In this document: positions 18,653 to 28,350 of the stretch, piece by piece
How positions within the stretch are numbered: the stretch's first letter is position 1
Layout: every line of letters begins with the position of its first letter
Source of the DNA: an uncultured Acidobacteriota bacterium
GTDB taxonomy: Bacteria; Acidobacteriota; Thermoanaerobaculia; UBA5066; DATFVB01
Direction of reading: 5' to 3'
Length of the DNA stretch: 64,000 bases
Assembly (NCBI GenBank): GCA_963813155.1
Contig: CAWEYG010000003.1
Span: forward strand, 928,001 to 992,000
The notes under the pieces: generated by a model
What the model was told of the DNA's origin: nothing
The model's database searches: none
What the model saw: only the letters and a program-made list of their open reading frames with translations
Position numbers and translations under genes: made by a program

Positions 18653-19038
18653 CCGATTTTCGCGTTCTTGTTCAGGATCTCCCGGCAAAATCCTTCGAGC
18701 TCCTGATTCGTGAACTCGTTCCAGCCGTCGCAGGTGTCGTGCTCGCGCAGCTGTGCGTCGCAGGAGAGCGGAACGCGGTCCACGATCTGGCGCGCGAGCT
18801 GCCACTTGTTGGCGAGGTCCTCGATCTCCTCCCGGCTCGCCTTCGGGTTCCGGCGAGTGAGCCAGTCATGACGGTCGCGGAACTCCTCGTCCGAAAGGCG
18901 GCGAAATCCCCGGCAGAAGACGCCTTTCTCGGTCGCGACCTGACACATCGAGTGTTCGTCGTCCGTCATCGCGAGCAGGGTCTCGCGCAAGCGGCGAATC
19001 GCTTCGGCGCGCGATATCGAAGTTGTGATTGGCCCCAT
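18649..19038 (-). CDS. Cys/His-containing hypothetical protein coupled to the PAS-LuxR gene
   Basis: 129 aa ORF with GAGG RBS and ATGA overlap; HSMC, FCRGF, SCD, HDTCDGW. Confidence 0.7.
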   Translation of the reverse strand: MGPITTSISRAEAIRRLRETLLAMTDDEHSMCQVATEKGVFCRGFRRLSDEEFRDRHDWLTRRNPKASREEIEDLANKWQLARQIVDRVPLSCDAQLREHDTCDGWNEFTNQELEGFCREILNKNAKIG

Positions 19039-19107
19039 AAAAACCTCCTCGGCTCGAAGGAACGCTGTTCCCGTCTTCGATGATGCGAGAGGCCTGGCAC
19101 GGGGGCA

Positions 19108-19123
19108 TGATGTGAACTCATCA
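19108..19123. promoter_or_regulatory. perfect palindromic box TGATG-TGAACT-CATCA, with a second copy TGATGCGTTTGCAGGA at 19138-19153
   Basis: Lies in the divergent intergenic region between the Cys-rich/PAS-LuxR genes and the USP gene. Confidence 0.65.
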
Positions 19124-19187
19124 AATGTCTCCGAAACTGATGCGTTTGCAGGAGGCGCCCGCGATCGGATCGCGCGACGATCGCGTC

Positions 19188-20126
19188 ATGAACGAAGAAC
19201 CGAAAATCCGCGTATTGCTCCCCATGGTGCCGGAAGAGGCGACCGCCAACGTCGGTCGGCTCGTTCGCGCGTTTTTCCGCCCCGACCTGGCCGTGCTTCG
19301 GCCCTTCTACGCCGCGCGCCCGCTGCAGGCGGAAGTCTTCCTTCCCGAAGCGTCGGCGGCTCTGCCGGAGCTCTACCGTCTCGACCTCGAGGCAAGGCTG
19401 GCCGCCGGAGATCAGCTGAAGAAGGCGGTGGCTCCTCTGGCCGAGGCGGGCTACACGACGGAGCCGGACGTCGTCTCGGCAGCGCCGATCGAGGCGGTCA
19501 TGAACGAGATCGGGGCCTGGCGCGCCGATATGACCGTCCTCCGGACGAGCCGGGTCTCGCGGCAGGAAGGCCGAATCGGACACATGACGTCGAGCCTCGC
19601 GCGAAGCGCGAGCTGCCCCATTCTGACGTACCGCGACGTTCCCGAATCGTACCGGGTGAGAAGAGTCCTCATCGCGACGGATTTCTCGGAAAGCTCGCGG
19701 GCGAGCGCCGACTGGGGAATGGCCATGGCGGAACTGGCGCAGGCCGAAGCGCACCTGCTCTACGTCGTCGCGCGGCACGGAACGCGAAAGCTCGACTCCG
19801 CGCTCGTGCTCAGGGAAGGGACCGACGAAATCGCCCGCTGGAGGAAGCGGATAAATCCCGCGTTTCCCCGCCCGTTGACCGACGCCCACGTGATCTCGGC
19901 CGAATACCCGGCGGAGGGAATTCTGAACTTTGCGACGGATTCCGCGTTCGACCTGGTCGTTCTCGCCGGCACGGGCCGGACGGCCCTGGGCGGGATGCTC
20001 CTCGGCTCCAACGCCCGGGCAGTCGTCCGCTGGAGCGATCGCCCGGTGCTCCTTGTCCCCAATTCGAACCGTATTTCGGCAGCCTTGGTCCTCGGAAAGA
20101 TGCTCGTCGGTGTCTCGAGCCGCTGA
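19188..20126 (+). CDS. tandem universal stress protein (USP)
   Basis: RVLIATDFSESS, DLVVLAGTGR, LLGSNARAVVR..PVLLV; start could be further upstream (19125/19140). Confidence 0.88.
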   Translation: MNEEPKIRVLLPMVPEEATANVGRLVRAFFRPDLAVLRPFYAARPLQAEVFLPEASAALPELYRLDLEARLAAGDQLKKAVAPLAEAGYTTEPDVVSAAPIEAVMNEIGAWRADMTVLRTSRVSRQEGRIGHMTSSLARSASCPILTYRDVPESYRVRRVLIATDFSESSRASADWGMAMAELAQAEAHLLYVVARHGTRKLDSALVLREGTDEIARWRKRINPAFPRPLTDAHVISAEYPAEGILNFATDSAFDLVVLAGTGRTALGGMLLGSNARAVVRWSDRPVLLVPNSNRISAALVLGKMLVGVSSR

Positions 20127-20131
20127 GCCCC

Positions 20132-20147
20132 TAATTCATTCGCATCA
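20132..20147 (+). promoter_or_regulatory. candidate regulator box TAATT-CATTCG-CATCA
   Basis: Right half-site CATCA conserved; left half TAATT is the same as in the 34599 site. Confidence 0.4.
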
Positions 20148-20182
20148 TGACTCCGGGCAGCACGAGCGAGGAAGATCCCATT

Positions 20183-20707
20183 ATGAGAGCTCTTCGAATC
20201 GTTTCTCGTCTGGGACTCCTGGCACTCACCCTGAACGCCTGCTCGACGCTCCGGATCGCCGTGGATTACGACAAGTCGGTCGATTTCGCGAAATACCGGA
20301 CCTACAAATGGATCGAGAACGCGCCTCCGCCGGAAAACGCATTGGTGATGAAGAGATTCCGCGCGGTGATCGAGCACCGGCTGGTCGCGAAGGGCTTCAC
20401 GAAGTCCGATCGCCCGGATCTGCTGATCGCGCTTCAGACGCATCGAGCTCTGGAAACTGTCTTTCGAACCGATGTTGAGCGCTGGGGTTACGGACCGGGA
20501 TGGTGGAGGGGAAACATCGCCTTTACGCGGCCCGAACAGATCCCCGTCGGGACCCTCGTCCTCGATCTCGTCGACGCCCGCTCCAACGAGCTGGTCTGGC
20601 GGGGAGTCGCGCGTCGCCTGATCGATCCCGAGGCGTCCTCTGAAAAAAGAGACCGCCACGCTGAAGAAACGATCGATCGGCTCCTCGAGAACTTCCCGCC
20701 GCGATGA
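20183..20707 (+). CDS. DUF4136-type lipoprotein
   Basis: Lipobox LNAC; DYD..VDFAKYRTYKW; GTLVLDLVDARSNELVWRG. Confidence 0.85.
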   Translation: MRALRIVSRLGLLALTLNACSTLRIAVDYDKSVDFAKYRTYKWIENAPPPENALVMKRFRAVIEHRLVAKGFTKSDRPDLLIALQTHRALETVFRTDVERWGYGPGWWRGNIAFTRPEQIPVGTLVLDLVDARSNELVWRGVARRLIDPEASSEKRDRHAEETIDRLLENFPPR

Positions 20708-21027
20708 CGGTCGCCGTTCAGCCCTCGCGATGCTCAGTCGCCTTGATGAAAGCGGATCTGAACCCGGTGCACGCCAACATCCTCCTCGCCTGCCCTGGCT
20801 GCGGTCATTCGACCGGACTCCTCACGCTCCATCCCTCCTGGCGCTGCGCCCGATGCCGGGTGCACTGGCAATTGAAAATGTGCCGGCACTGCCACCGGCA
20901 TCTCGCGATGGGAGAGGACGGCCCCTTCTGTACGGACGGGCTCCGGCGCGGGACAGGCCGCGCGGCAACGGCTTCGCCCACCGCTCACGACAAGGTGTTG
21001 CAACAAGCTAAACGCTTGCGATCTTGA
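20704..21027 (+). CDS. small Cys-rich (zinc-ribbon-like) hypothetical protein
   Basis: CPGC, CARC, CRHC pairs; ATGA overlap with the upstream gene. Confidence 0.45.
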   Translation: MTVAVQPSRCSVALMKADLNPVHANILLACPGCGHSTGLLTLHPSWRCARCRVHWQLKMCRHCHRHLAMGEDGPFCTDGLRRGTGRAATASPTAHDKVLQQAKRLRS

Positions 21028-21061
21028 GAAAACTCAGTTTGACCCAGAAGGAGAGTTCGTC

Positions 21062-21454
21062 ATGAAAGGTTTTGTGGAAGACATCGAGAGTCTCGCTGTC
21101 ACAAACGGTGAGTTTCGCCGGGTGCTTTACACGGCAAAGCACTGCCAGCTCGTCCTCATGTCGCTAAAACCCAAGGAAGAGATCGGGGCGGAAGTCCACC
21201 ATCTCGACCAGTTCTTTCGCGTGGAGGAAGGAAGCGGTCAGGCGATTCTCGATGGCGTTCGGACGGCGATCCGAGCGGGCTTCGCGGTCGTCGTTCCGGC
21301 CGGAGCGAATCACAACATCATCAATACCGGCAGCGTTCCGCTGAAGCTCTACACGCTCTACGCGCGCCCAAATCATCGCGACGGCGTCGTCCACCATACG
21401 CGCGACGACGCGGAAGCCGACAACGAGCACTTCGACGGCAGGACCACAGAATAG
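21062..21454 (+). CDS. cupin domain protein
   Basis: FRRVLYT, EIGAEVH..DQFFRVEEG, VPAGANHNIIN; AGGAG RBS. Confidence 0.9.
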   Translation: MKGFVEDIESLAVTNGEFRRVLYTAKHCQLVLMSLKPKEEIGAEVHHLDQFFRVEEGSGQAILDGVRTAIRAGFAVVVPAGANHNIINTGSVPLKLYTLYARPNHRDGVVHHTRDDAEADNEHFDGRTTE

Positions 21455-21615
21455 AGAGCCAAATCGGGCGACCGCCTCCACGGCGGACCGCAGGAGGCGC
21501 AACCCACCGGGCGGCCGAGGACCGATCGATGCCCTGGGGTGTGAGACCGGCGAAGCTGTGAGAAATCGGTCGGTGGATCGCGGGCTCCCGCGAGGGGCGT
21601 CTCTTGCCGAACTCG

Positions 21616-22062
21616 TTAACGGGGAGAGCCCGATTTTCTCCGCGGTCCGCGCCCTTTCATGATCCACCTTTTCGATTTCGTGACCGGGCGCTCCGCGCCC
21701 TTACCGATCAACGTCAACAAATCGGTCGTCGTCACGATACCGACGAGCTTGCCGTTCTCAACGACCGGAAGGCTGCCGATCGATCGCCCTCGCATCAGGT
21801 TTGCGGCTTCCCGGAGCGTCGTTTCCTTTCGCGCGGTCACGACCGACGAGGTCATCACGTCGGCAACCGTCCGGTTCTTCCGATACTCGGGATCAGCGAA
21901 ACCGCCCATGTCGCGGTCGGAGAGAATCCCCACGATTTCCGAACCGCGTGTGACGACCAGATGGTGGATTCGACTCTGTGTCAGCCGGTTCCATGCCTGT
22001 TCCGCCGACATCCCGGCATCGACGGTCTCGACCTTCTTGTTCATGACCTCTTCGAGTCTCAT
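21616..22062 (-). CDS. CBS domain pair protein
   Basis: IHHLVV...GILSDRD and IGSLPVV...GIVTTTDL. Confidence 0.88.
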   Translation of the reverse strand: MRLEEVMNKKVETVDAGMSAEQAWNRLTQSRIHHLVVTRGSEIVGILSDRDMGGFADPEYRKNRTVADVMTSSVVTARKETTLREAANLMRGRSIGSLPVVENGKLVGIVTTTDLLTLIGKGAERPVTKSKRWIMKGRGPRRKSGSPR

Positions 22063-22155
22063 TCCTCGCGCTCCCTTCCGTATGGAATTCCCTGTATATT
22101 CAAAGACCTTGGAAACACATTCGGAATCGCCTTTCGAGAACAAGCGGGAGGCCCG

Positions 22156-22611
22156 GTGAGAGTCGAACAACTGATGCGAAAGCGGGTGGAAACAATCCGC
22201 GAGGACGGCTCGACCGAGGAAGCCCTGAAACGGATGCGCCTTCGCAAGCTCCGGCACCTCGTTGTCGTCCGAGAGGGTGAGGTCGTCGGGATCGTATCGG
22301 ACCGCGATCTTGCCGGCCTGCTCGTGGGAGACCTTCGACTGGACCGATCGATTTCGCAGGTCATGAGCCTTGGAGTCGCTGTCGTTGGACCGGAGACCAA
22401 GATCGAAGACGCCGCGCGTCTCATGCGTCGGCGAAAGATTGGCGCCTTGCCGGTCGTGTATGGTCGAAAACTCATCGGAATCCTCACTGCGTCTGACCTT
22501 CTTGAACTGTTGAGCCGCGTCATGACAAAGCCTCGTCAAAAACGACGCCCGCGGCATCATCCCAAGAGGTCTCGAGACTCCACAACTCGCCGCATCGCAG
22601 CGAAAAGATGA
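22156..22611 (+). CDS. CBS domain pair protein (divergent paralog)
   Basis: LRHLVV...GIVSDRD and IGALPVV...GILTASDL; GGAGG before the GTG. Confidence 0.85.
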   Translation: MRVEQLMRKRVETIREDGSTEEALKRMRLRKLRHLVVVREGEVVGIVSDRDLAGLLVGDLRLDRSISQVMSLGVAVVGPETKIEDAARLMRRRKIGALPVVYGRKLIGILTASDLLELLSRVMTKPRQKRRPRHHPKRSRDSTTRRIAAKR

Positions 22612-22659
22612 AAAAAGAGCGTGGCCGTCGCGGGGGCGACAGCCACGCGCCTGCCGGGC

Positions 22660-23340
22660 TCAGAAGTACGGCTCGATTCTGAGCCGATCGACGACCTGCT
22701 GCACTCCGGAAGCGTGTTGAACAGCTCCGAGAACGGCGTCCTTTTCCGGCCAGGAGTGAACCCTTCCCTCGAGGACCACCTTTCCGTCGTCGACGTCCGC
22801 GTCGATCCGATCCGCTTCGCGCTCGGCTCGGCGCTCGAGCGTGTCTTCGATCGCTTTCCGGAGCTTCACGGGATCCGCGCTCTTCCTCGCGACCGTGATG
22901 TTGTTGATCACGCCCCGAACGCCGAGAAGCCTCCGGACGGCGCTCTCGACCTCGTCGCGGTCGAAAAGAGACTCGACGCCTCCTTCGAGCGTCACCCATC
23001 CACTGGCGACGGTCGATCGGACCTTCGTGTCATCGACAAACGAGTCCCACTCGAGAGCGCGTCGGACCGCGAGAGCGATGTCCGGGTCAGTCCGAACGAG
23101 GCTCCCGGGGATCTGAACCTGGATGTCGTCGGCGACATCCAGCACGCCGCTCACCCGGTGCGCCGCCTGGCGCGCCGCGAGCTTCTTCGCGTAGCTGTCG
23201 ACGTTGCCTGTCAGGGCCACGATCCCGTTCTTGACGGACACACCGATCTCCGTTTGTTTGACTCTCGTGTCCCAACGCAACTCTGCCAGAACGTCCTGCT
23301 GAACTTGTGAATCGGTCCGAGTCATTGTCATGGTTGCCAT
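22660..23340 (-). CDS. triple BON domain protein
   Basis: Three repeats of V..G.V.L.G.V...AA..V.GV..V...I; AGGAGG RBS. Confidence 0.9.
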   Translation of the reverse strand: MATMTMTRTDSQVQQDVLAELRWDTRVKQTEIGVSVKNGIVALTGNVDSYAKKLAARQAAHRVSGVLDVADDIQVQIPGSLVRTDPDIALAVRRALEWDSFVDDTKVRSTVASGWVTLEGGVESLFDRDEVESAVRRLLGVRGVINNITVARKSADPVKLRKAIEDTLERRAEREADRIDADVDDGKVVLEGRVHSWPEKDAVLGAVQHASGVQQVVDRLRIEPYF

Positions 23341-23395
23341 ATCGGCCTCCTTTCGATTACGCCGCCAGTTTTCCCCCGTGCAAACCGGCTCACAA

Positions 23396-23411
23396 TGATG
23401 CAAACGCTTCA
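23396..23411 (-). promoter_or_regulatory. candidate regulator box TGAAG-CGTTTG-CATCA upstream of the BON gene
   Basis: One mismatch to TGATG-N6-CATCA; AAAACT -10-like hexamer 23 nt downstream. Confidence 0.6.
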
Positions 23412-23491
23412 ATTTCGCCATTTCGCAAATTCCACATCTGATGCAATTGGAGGATTGTTCATCGGCGGGTCGAGGCGGCATTCTCATCGTC

Positions 23492-24751
23492 ATGGAGTCG
23501 GTTCATGCCGCCAGGCCGGTCCGCGGGGCCGTTGGGGTTCACGACCTGGGGACTCTGTTCGACCTGGCTTTCCGGGCGCTTTTCCAGAACAAGATGCGAT
23601 CGGCGCTGACGATGCTCGGGATCATCATCGGCGTGGGTTGCGTCATCGCGATGATGGGGATCGGAGAAGGCGCCTCCCGATCGATTCAGTCGCAAATCAG
23701 TTCCCTGGGCTCGAATTTCATCATGCTCATGCCCGGAGCCTCGACTCAGGGGGGTGCCCGCATCTTCACGGGGCAATCGACGATTACGGAGGAGGATGCG
23801 GCGGCCATCCGGCAGGAATGTCCCTCGGTCGCCTACGTCTCCCCGACGGTTCGAGGCGCGGCGCAGCTGATCGCCGGAGAGACCAACTGGGGGACTCGCA
23901 TCCAGGGCGCCGGAGTCGAATGGCCTTACGTGCGCTCGTGGAACACCGTGAAGGGAGCGTTCTTCGCGGATTCCGACGTTCGCGCGGCGACGAAGGTCTG
24001 CGTGCTCGGGGCGACCGTCTCCGACAACCTCTTTCCGGACGCCGAGGCTGTCGAACAGATCGTTCGGATCAACCATGTTCCCTTCAAGGTCGTCGGCATC
24101 CTCGACCGGAAGGGAGCGACGATGATGGGCGACCAGGATGATGTGGTTATCGCTCCTTACACGACAGTCATGAAGCGGCTGACCGGGGCCACGAAACTCG
24201 ACATGATCTTTGTTTCCGCGGCATCGGCTAACCTCGTGGGGCAGGCGCAAAAGGAGATCGAAATCCTCCTGAGACAGCGGCATCACCTTGCGGCGGGTCA
24301 GGACTCCGATTTCACGATGCGGTCGCAGGAGGAGTTCGCACAGATGACCCAGGAATCCTCCCGGACTCTCTCGCTGCTGCTCGCGTGCTCCGCGGCGATC
24401 TCGTTGCTCGTCGGCGGCATCGGGATCATGAACATCATGCTCGTCGCCGTCAGCGAGCGGACGCACGAGATCGGTCTCCGCCGGGCTCTCGGAGCGCGCT
24501 CTCGACAGGTTCTCCTCCAGTTCCTGATCGAGGCGGTGACCCTTTCCGCGTTGGGAGGGATCGTCGGCGTCGCGCTCGGAATTGGCGCATCGCGAATCAT
24601 CGGGCGGCGGGGCGGCTTGCCGGTCGAGCTCAACGCCGCCGCAATTCTGGTGGCTTTCGGATTCTCGGCTGCCGTCGGGATTTTCTTCGGTTTCTATCCC
24701 GCCCGCAAAGCGTCGCGACTGAACCCCGTGGAAGCGCTGCGATACGAATGA
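23492..24751 (+). CDS. MacB/FtsX-like ABC transporter permease (no ATPase or adaptor adjacent)
   Basis: RSALTMLGIIIGV, GGIGIMNIMLVAVSERTHEIGLRRALGA, FGFYPARKASRLNPVEALRYE. Confidence 0.9.
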   Translation: MESVHAARPVRGAVGVHDLGTLFDLAFRALFQNKMRSALTMLGIIIGVGCVIAMMGIGEGASRSIQSQISSLGSNFIMLMPGASTQGGARIFTGQSTITEEDAAAIRQECPSVAYVSPTVRGAAQLIAGETNWGTRIQGAGVEWPYVRSWNTVKGAFFADSDVRAATKVCVLGATVSDNLFPDAEAVEQIVRINHVPFKVVGILDRKGATMMGDQDDVVIAPYTTVMKRLTGATKLDMIFVSAASANLVGQAQKEIEILLRQRHHLAAGQDSDFTMRSQEEFAQMTQESSRTLSLLLACSAAISLLVGGIGIMNIMLVAVSERTHEIGLRRALGARSRQVLLQFLIEAVTLSALGGIVGVALGIGASRIIGRRGGLPVELNAAAILVAFGFSAAVGIFFGFYPARKASRLNPVEALRYE

Positions 24752-24812
24752 CGGACCTCGCGGTCGAAACCTTCCGCCTGAGCCCAAATTTCCGCGAAAC
24801 GGAGGAGTGCCA

Positions 24813-25581
<769 letters not shown>

Positions 25582-25642
25582 TTCGAAAATGATGAATCTG
25601 AGGGATTCCTCCAACCGCGCCCGATGAGAAAGGGTGACGTCC

Positions 25643-25795
25643 ATGAATGACGCAAAGATTCGAGTTTTGCTTCCCCTGGTGCCCGAAGCGGCGTTCGCCG
25701 ACGTCAGTCGTCTCGCTCGGGCGTCGGCCGGCCCGAACGGAGTCCCGGCGGCTTCGATCCTGGAAAAGGCTAACGCCACCGCGATGACCCATTGA
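25643..25795 (+). pseudogene. truncated paralog of the USP gene at 19188
   Basis: MNDAKIRVLLPLVPEAAFADVSRLARA versus MNEEPKIRVLLPMVPEEATANVGRLVRA; stops after 50 codons. Confidence 0.65.
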
Positions 25796-25840
25796 GTCGA
25801 TGATCCGGTCGATGACCGGTCACCTGTTATGCTGAGCGCC

Positions 25841-26503
25841 ATGTCGTCCGCTGTCCACGAAGCGATCGATCTGCTCTCCAAGAGCGGCGAAGCCGCTTTT
25901 GCGATCGACTCCGGCGACCGGATCGTCTACTGGAACCGCGGCTGCGAGGAGCTTCTCGGCTTCGAACCGCAGAAGGTCCTGGGAAAGCACTGCTACGACG
26001 TCATGGGCGGTCGCGACGAGAACGGAAACGTCTATTGCTACCGAAACTGCCCCGTCGCCGACCAGGCGCGGAACGACCACTTGCCGGAAGTGCATCCCTT
26101 CCACCTGCTCGTCAAGGACAAGGCCGGGAAGGAAAAGCGGCTCGCCGTTTCGATGTTTTCCGTTCCGGCCGTCCGGCCGACCCTCTCCGCCGTCATTCAC
26201 GTCATCCGCGAGGAGGGATCCGCGCCTTCGCCGCTCGAGAAGAGCCTCGCGAAAGCCTCGGAGGGTATGCCCGCGCCCCGCTGGCCGTTGACGACCTCGG
26301 AAGGCCAGAAGGTCGAGCTGACCGCGCGCGAGAAGGAGATCCTTCGCTGCCTCGCGGAAGGCCTGTCGACTCCCGCGATCTCGGACCGGCTCTTCATCGC
26401 GCCAGTGACCGTTCGAAACCACGTCCAGAACCTCCTGCACAAGCTCGACGTCCACACGAAGCTCGCCGCGGTCGTCTTCGCCTACCGCAACCAGCTGATC
26501 TGA
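25841..26503 (+). CDS. PAS domain + LuxR/NarL HTH regulator (paralog of 17960..18652)
   Basis: IVYWNRGCEELLGF, C-x14-C-x3-C, LTAREKEIL...TVRNH; TG-n-TATGCT 7 nt before ATG 25841. Confidence 0.9.
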   Translation: MSSAVHEAIDLLSKSGEAAFAIDSGDRIVYWNRGCEELLGFEPQKVLGKHCYDVMGGRDENGNVYCYRNCPVADQARNDHLPEVHPFHLLVKDKAGKEKRLAVSMFSVPAVRPTLSAVIHVIREEGSAPSPLEKSLAKASEGMPAPRWPLTTSEGQKVELTAREKEILRCLAEGLSTPAISDRLFIAPVTVRNHVQNLLHKLDVHTKLAAVVFAYRNQLI

Positions 26504-26604
26504 CCACTGGCGAGGGCCGCCGAGCGGGTGACCGGCGGCGAATGCCTTCCGCCTGCCCGCTGGAGTGACACTGCCTCCTCTCGCTGCGAGATATTCTCGG
26601 CTCG

Positions 26605-28293
26605 GTGAATCCGACTCCCGGCCCAACGCCGGCATTTCTGCCGAAATCGTTCGTCGCCCTCCGGGGCTACTCGCGCCGTCAATTCCTGGCCGACCTTCAG
26701 GCGGGACTCGTCGTCGGCATCGTCGCGATCCCCCTCGCGCTCGCGTTCGCGATCGCTTCCGGAGTCTCCCCGGAGAAAGGTCTCGTCACGGCCGTCGTCG
26801 CCGGCTTCCTGATCTCGCTCCTCGGCGGAAGCCGGGTTCAGATCGGAGGCCCCACCGGAGCGTTCGTGGTGATCGTCTACGGCATCGTCCAGAAATACGG
26901 CGTGGACGGGCTCGCCGTCTGCACTCTCCTTGCGGGCATTCTGCTCGTCGCGATGGGGTTCGCCCGGTTCGGCGGGGCAATCAAGTTCATTCCCTATCCG
27001 GTCGTCACCGGATTCACGAGCGGCATCGCCGTCATCATTTTTTCTTCGGAAGTGAAGGACCTGTTCGGCCTCCGGATGGGGGCCGTTCCCTCGCCGTTTC
27101 TCGAGAAGTGGGCGGCATTCGGCAAGGCGTTCGCCTCGTTCTCCCCCGCCGCCGTAGGCGTTTCCACGGGATCGCTCGCGATCCTGATCTTCTGGCCGCG
27201 GATTTCGAAGAAGATTCCGGGACCGATCGTCGCGATTCTCGCCGCGACGGCCGCCGTCGCCGTATTCAAGATCCCGGTCGAGACGATCGGGTCGCGGTTC
27301 GGGGGGTTCCACGCGTCGATCCCGGCGCCGCGCTTTCCGCCCCTGAGCCTCTCGCGGGTGCGGGAGCTGTTTTCTCCCGCGGTGACCGTCGCCCTCCTCG
27401 CGGGGATCGAGTCGCTTCTCTCGGCCGTCGTCGCCGACGGCATGATCGGCAGCCGCCACAAGTCGAACCTGGAGCTCGTCGCGCAGGGCGTCGGGAACAT
27501 CGCGTCGTCGCTTTTCGGCGGCATACCGGCCGCGGGCGCAATCGCCCGCACCGCGACGAACGTCAAGAACGGGGGACGCACTCCCGTCGCCGGCATGATT
27601 CATTCGGCCACCCTGCTGTTCGTGCTTCTCCTCTTCGGCCGGTGGGCCAGTCTCATTCCGCTCGCGACGCTCGCCGCGGTCCTCGCGGTTGTCGCCTACC
27701 ACATGAGCGAATGGCGGTCCTTCGCGACTCTCCTGCGGACGCCGCGAAGCGATGTCCTGGTCCTGTTGACCACGTTCCTCCTGACCGTGCTCGTCGACCT
27801 CTCGGTCGCCGTGCAGGTGGGGGTCGTTCTCGCCGCCTTCCTTTTCATGAAGCGGATGGCCGACGTCACCAACGTCGGGGCGATTACCCGCGAGTTCGAG
27901 GAGTCGCCCGACGGCATGATGTCGGCGGACCCGGGCGGCGTCGCCCGGCGCACGATTCCCCCGGGAGTCGAGGTTTACGAGATCAACGGCCCTTTCTTCT
28001 TCGGAGCCGCCGACAAAATCAAAGACGTGCTCCAGTTCGTGGCAAAGAAACCGAAGGTCTTCATCCTCCGGCTGAGGAACGTTCCCGCCATCGACGCAAC
28101 CGGGATCCACGTGCTCGACGACCTGCATGAGAGCTTCGTGCGAAAGGGGATCGTGTTCCTGATCGCCGGCCTCCAGGCCCAGCCCTTCGCCGCGCTCGAC
28201 CGCGCGGGCCGGCTCGACCGGTACGGCCGCGAGAACCTCGCAGGCGACCTCGACGAAGCTCTTGAAAAGGCCAGGGCTTCCACCGCGAAATGA
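26605..28293 (+). CDS. SulP/SLC26 anion transporter with STAS domain
   Basis: DLQAGLVVGIVAIPLALAFA, GGPTGAF, ESLLS, GAIART, NGPFFFG, IDATG. Confidence 0.93.
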   Translation: MNPTPGPTPAFLPKSFVALRGYSRRQFLADLQAGLVVGIVAIPLALAFAIASGVSPEKGLVTAVVAGFLISLLGGSRVQIGGPTGAFVVIVYGIVQKYGVDGLAVCTLLAGILLVAMGFARFGGAIKFIPYPVVTGFTSGIAVIIFSSEVKDLFGLRMGAVPSPFLEKWAAFGKAFASFSPAAVGVSTGSLAILIFWPRISKKIPGPIVAILAATAAVAVFKIPVETIGSRFGGFHASIPAPRFPPLSLSRVRELFSPAVTVALLAGIESLLSAVVADGMIGSRHKSNLELVAQGVGNIASSLFGGIPAAGAIARTATNVKNGGRTPVAGMIHSATLLFVLLLFGRWASLIPLATLAAVLAVVAYHMSEWRSFATLLRTPRSDVLVLLTTFLLTVLVDLSVAVQVGVVLAAFLFMKRMADVTNVGAITREFEESPDGMMSADPGGVARRTIPPGVEVYEINGPFFFGAADKIKDVLQFVAKKPKVFILRLRNVPAIDATGIHVLDDLHESFVRKGIVFLIAGLQAQPFAALDRAGRLDRYGRENLAGDLDEALEKARASTAK

Positions 28294-28306
28294 ATCGTTT
28301 GCATCA
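28291..28306 (+). promoter_or_regulatory. candidate regulator box TGAAT-CGTTTG-CATCA, followed by extended -10 TGC-CACAAT
   Basis: 22 nt gap to CACAAT (28329-28334), the same spacing as at 8380. Confidence 0.6.
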
Positions 28307-28350
28307 GGGCGCGCTATGAGAGAATTGCCACAATCGCGAAGGAGGTTCCC

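Noticed and set aside
19108-19123. Palindrome as a canonical FNR or CRP box
   Set aside because: TGAT-N8-ATCA spacing does not fit FNR (TTGAT-N4-ATCAA), and the half-sites do not fit CRP (TGTGA); kept as a distinct motif
20704-21027. CRHCH as a c-type heme site
   Set aside because: No signal peptide, and it is one of several CxxC pairs; zinc binding is more likely
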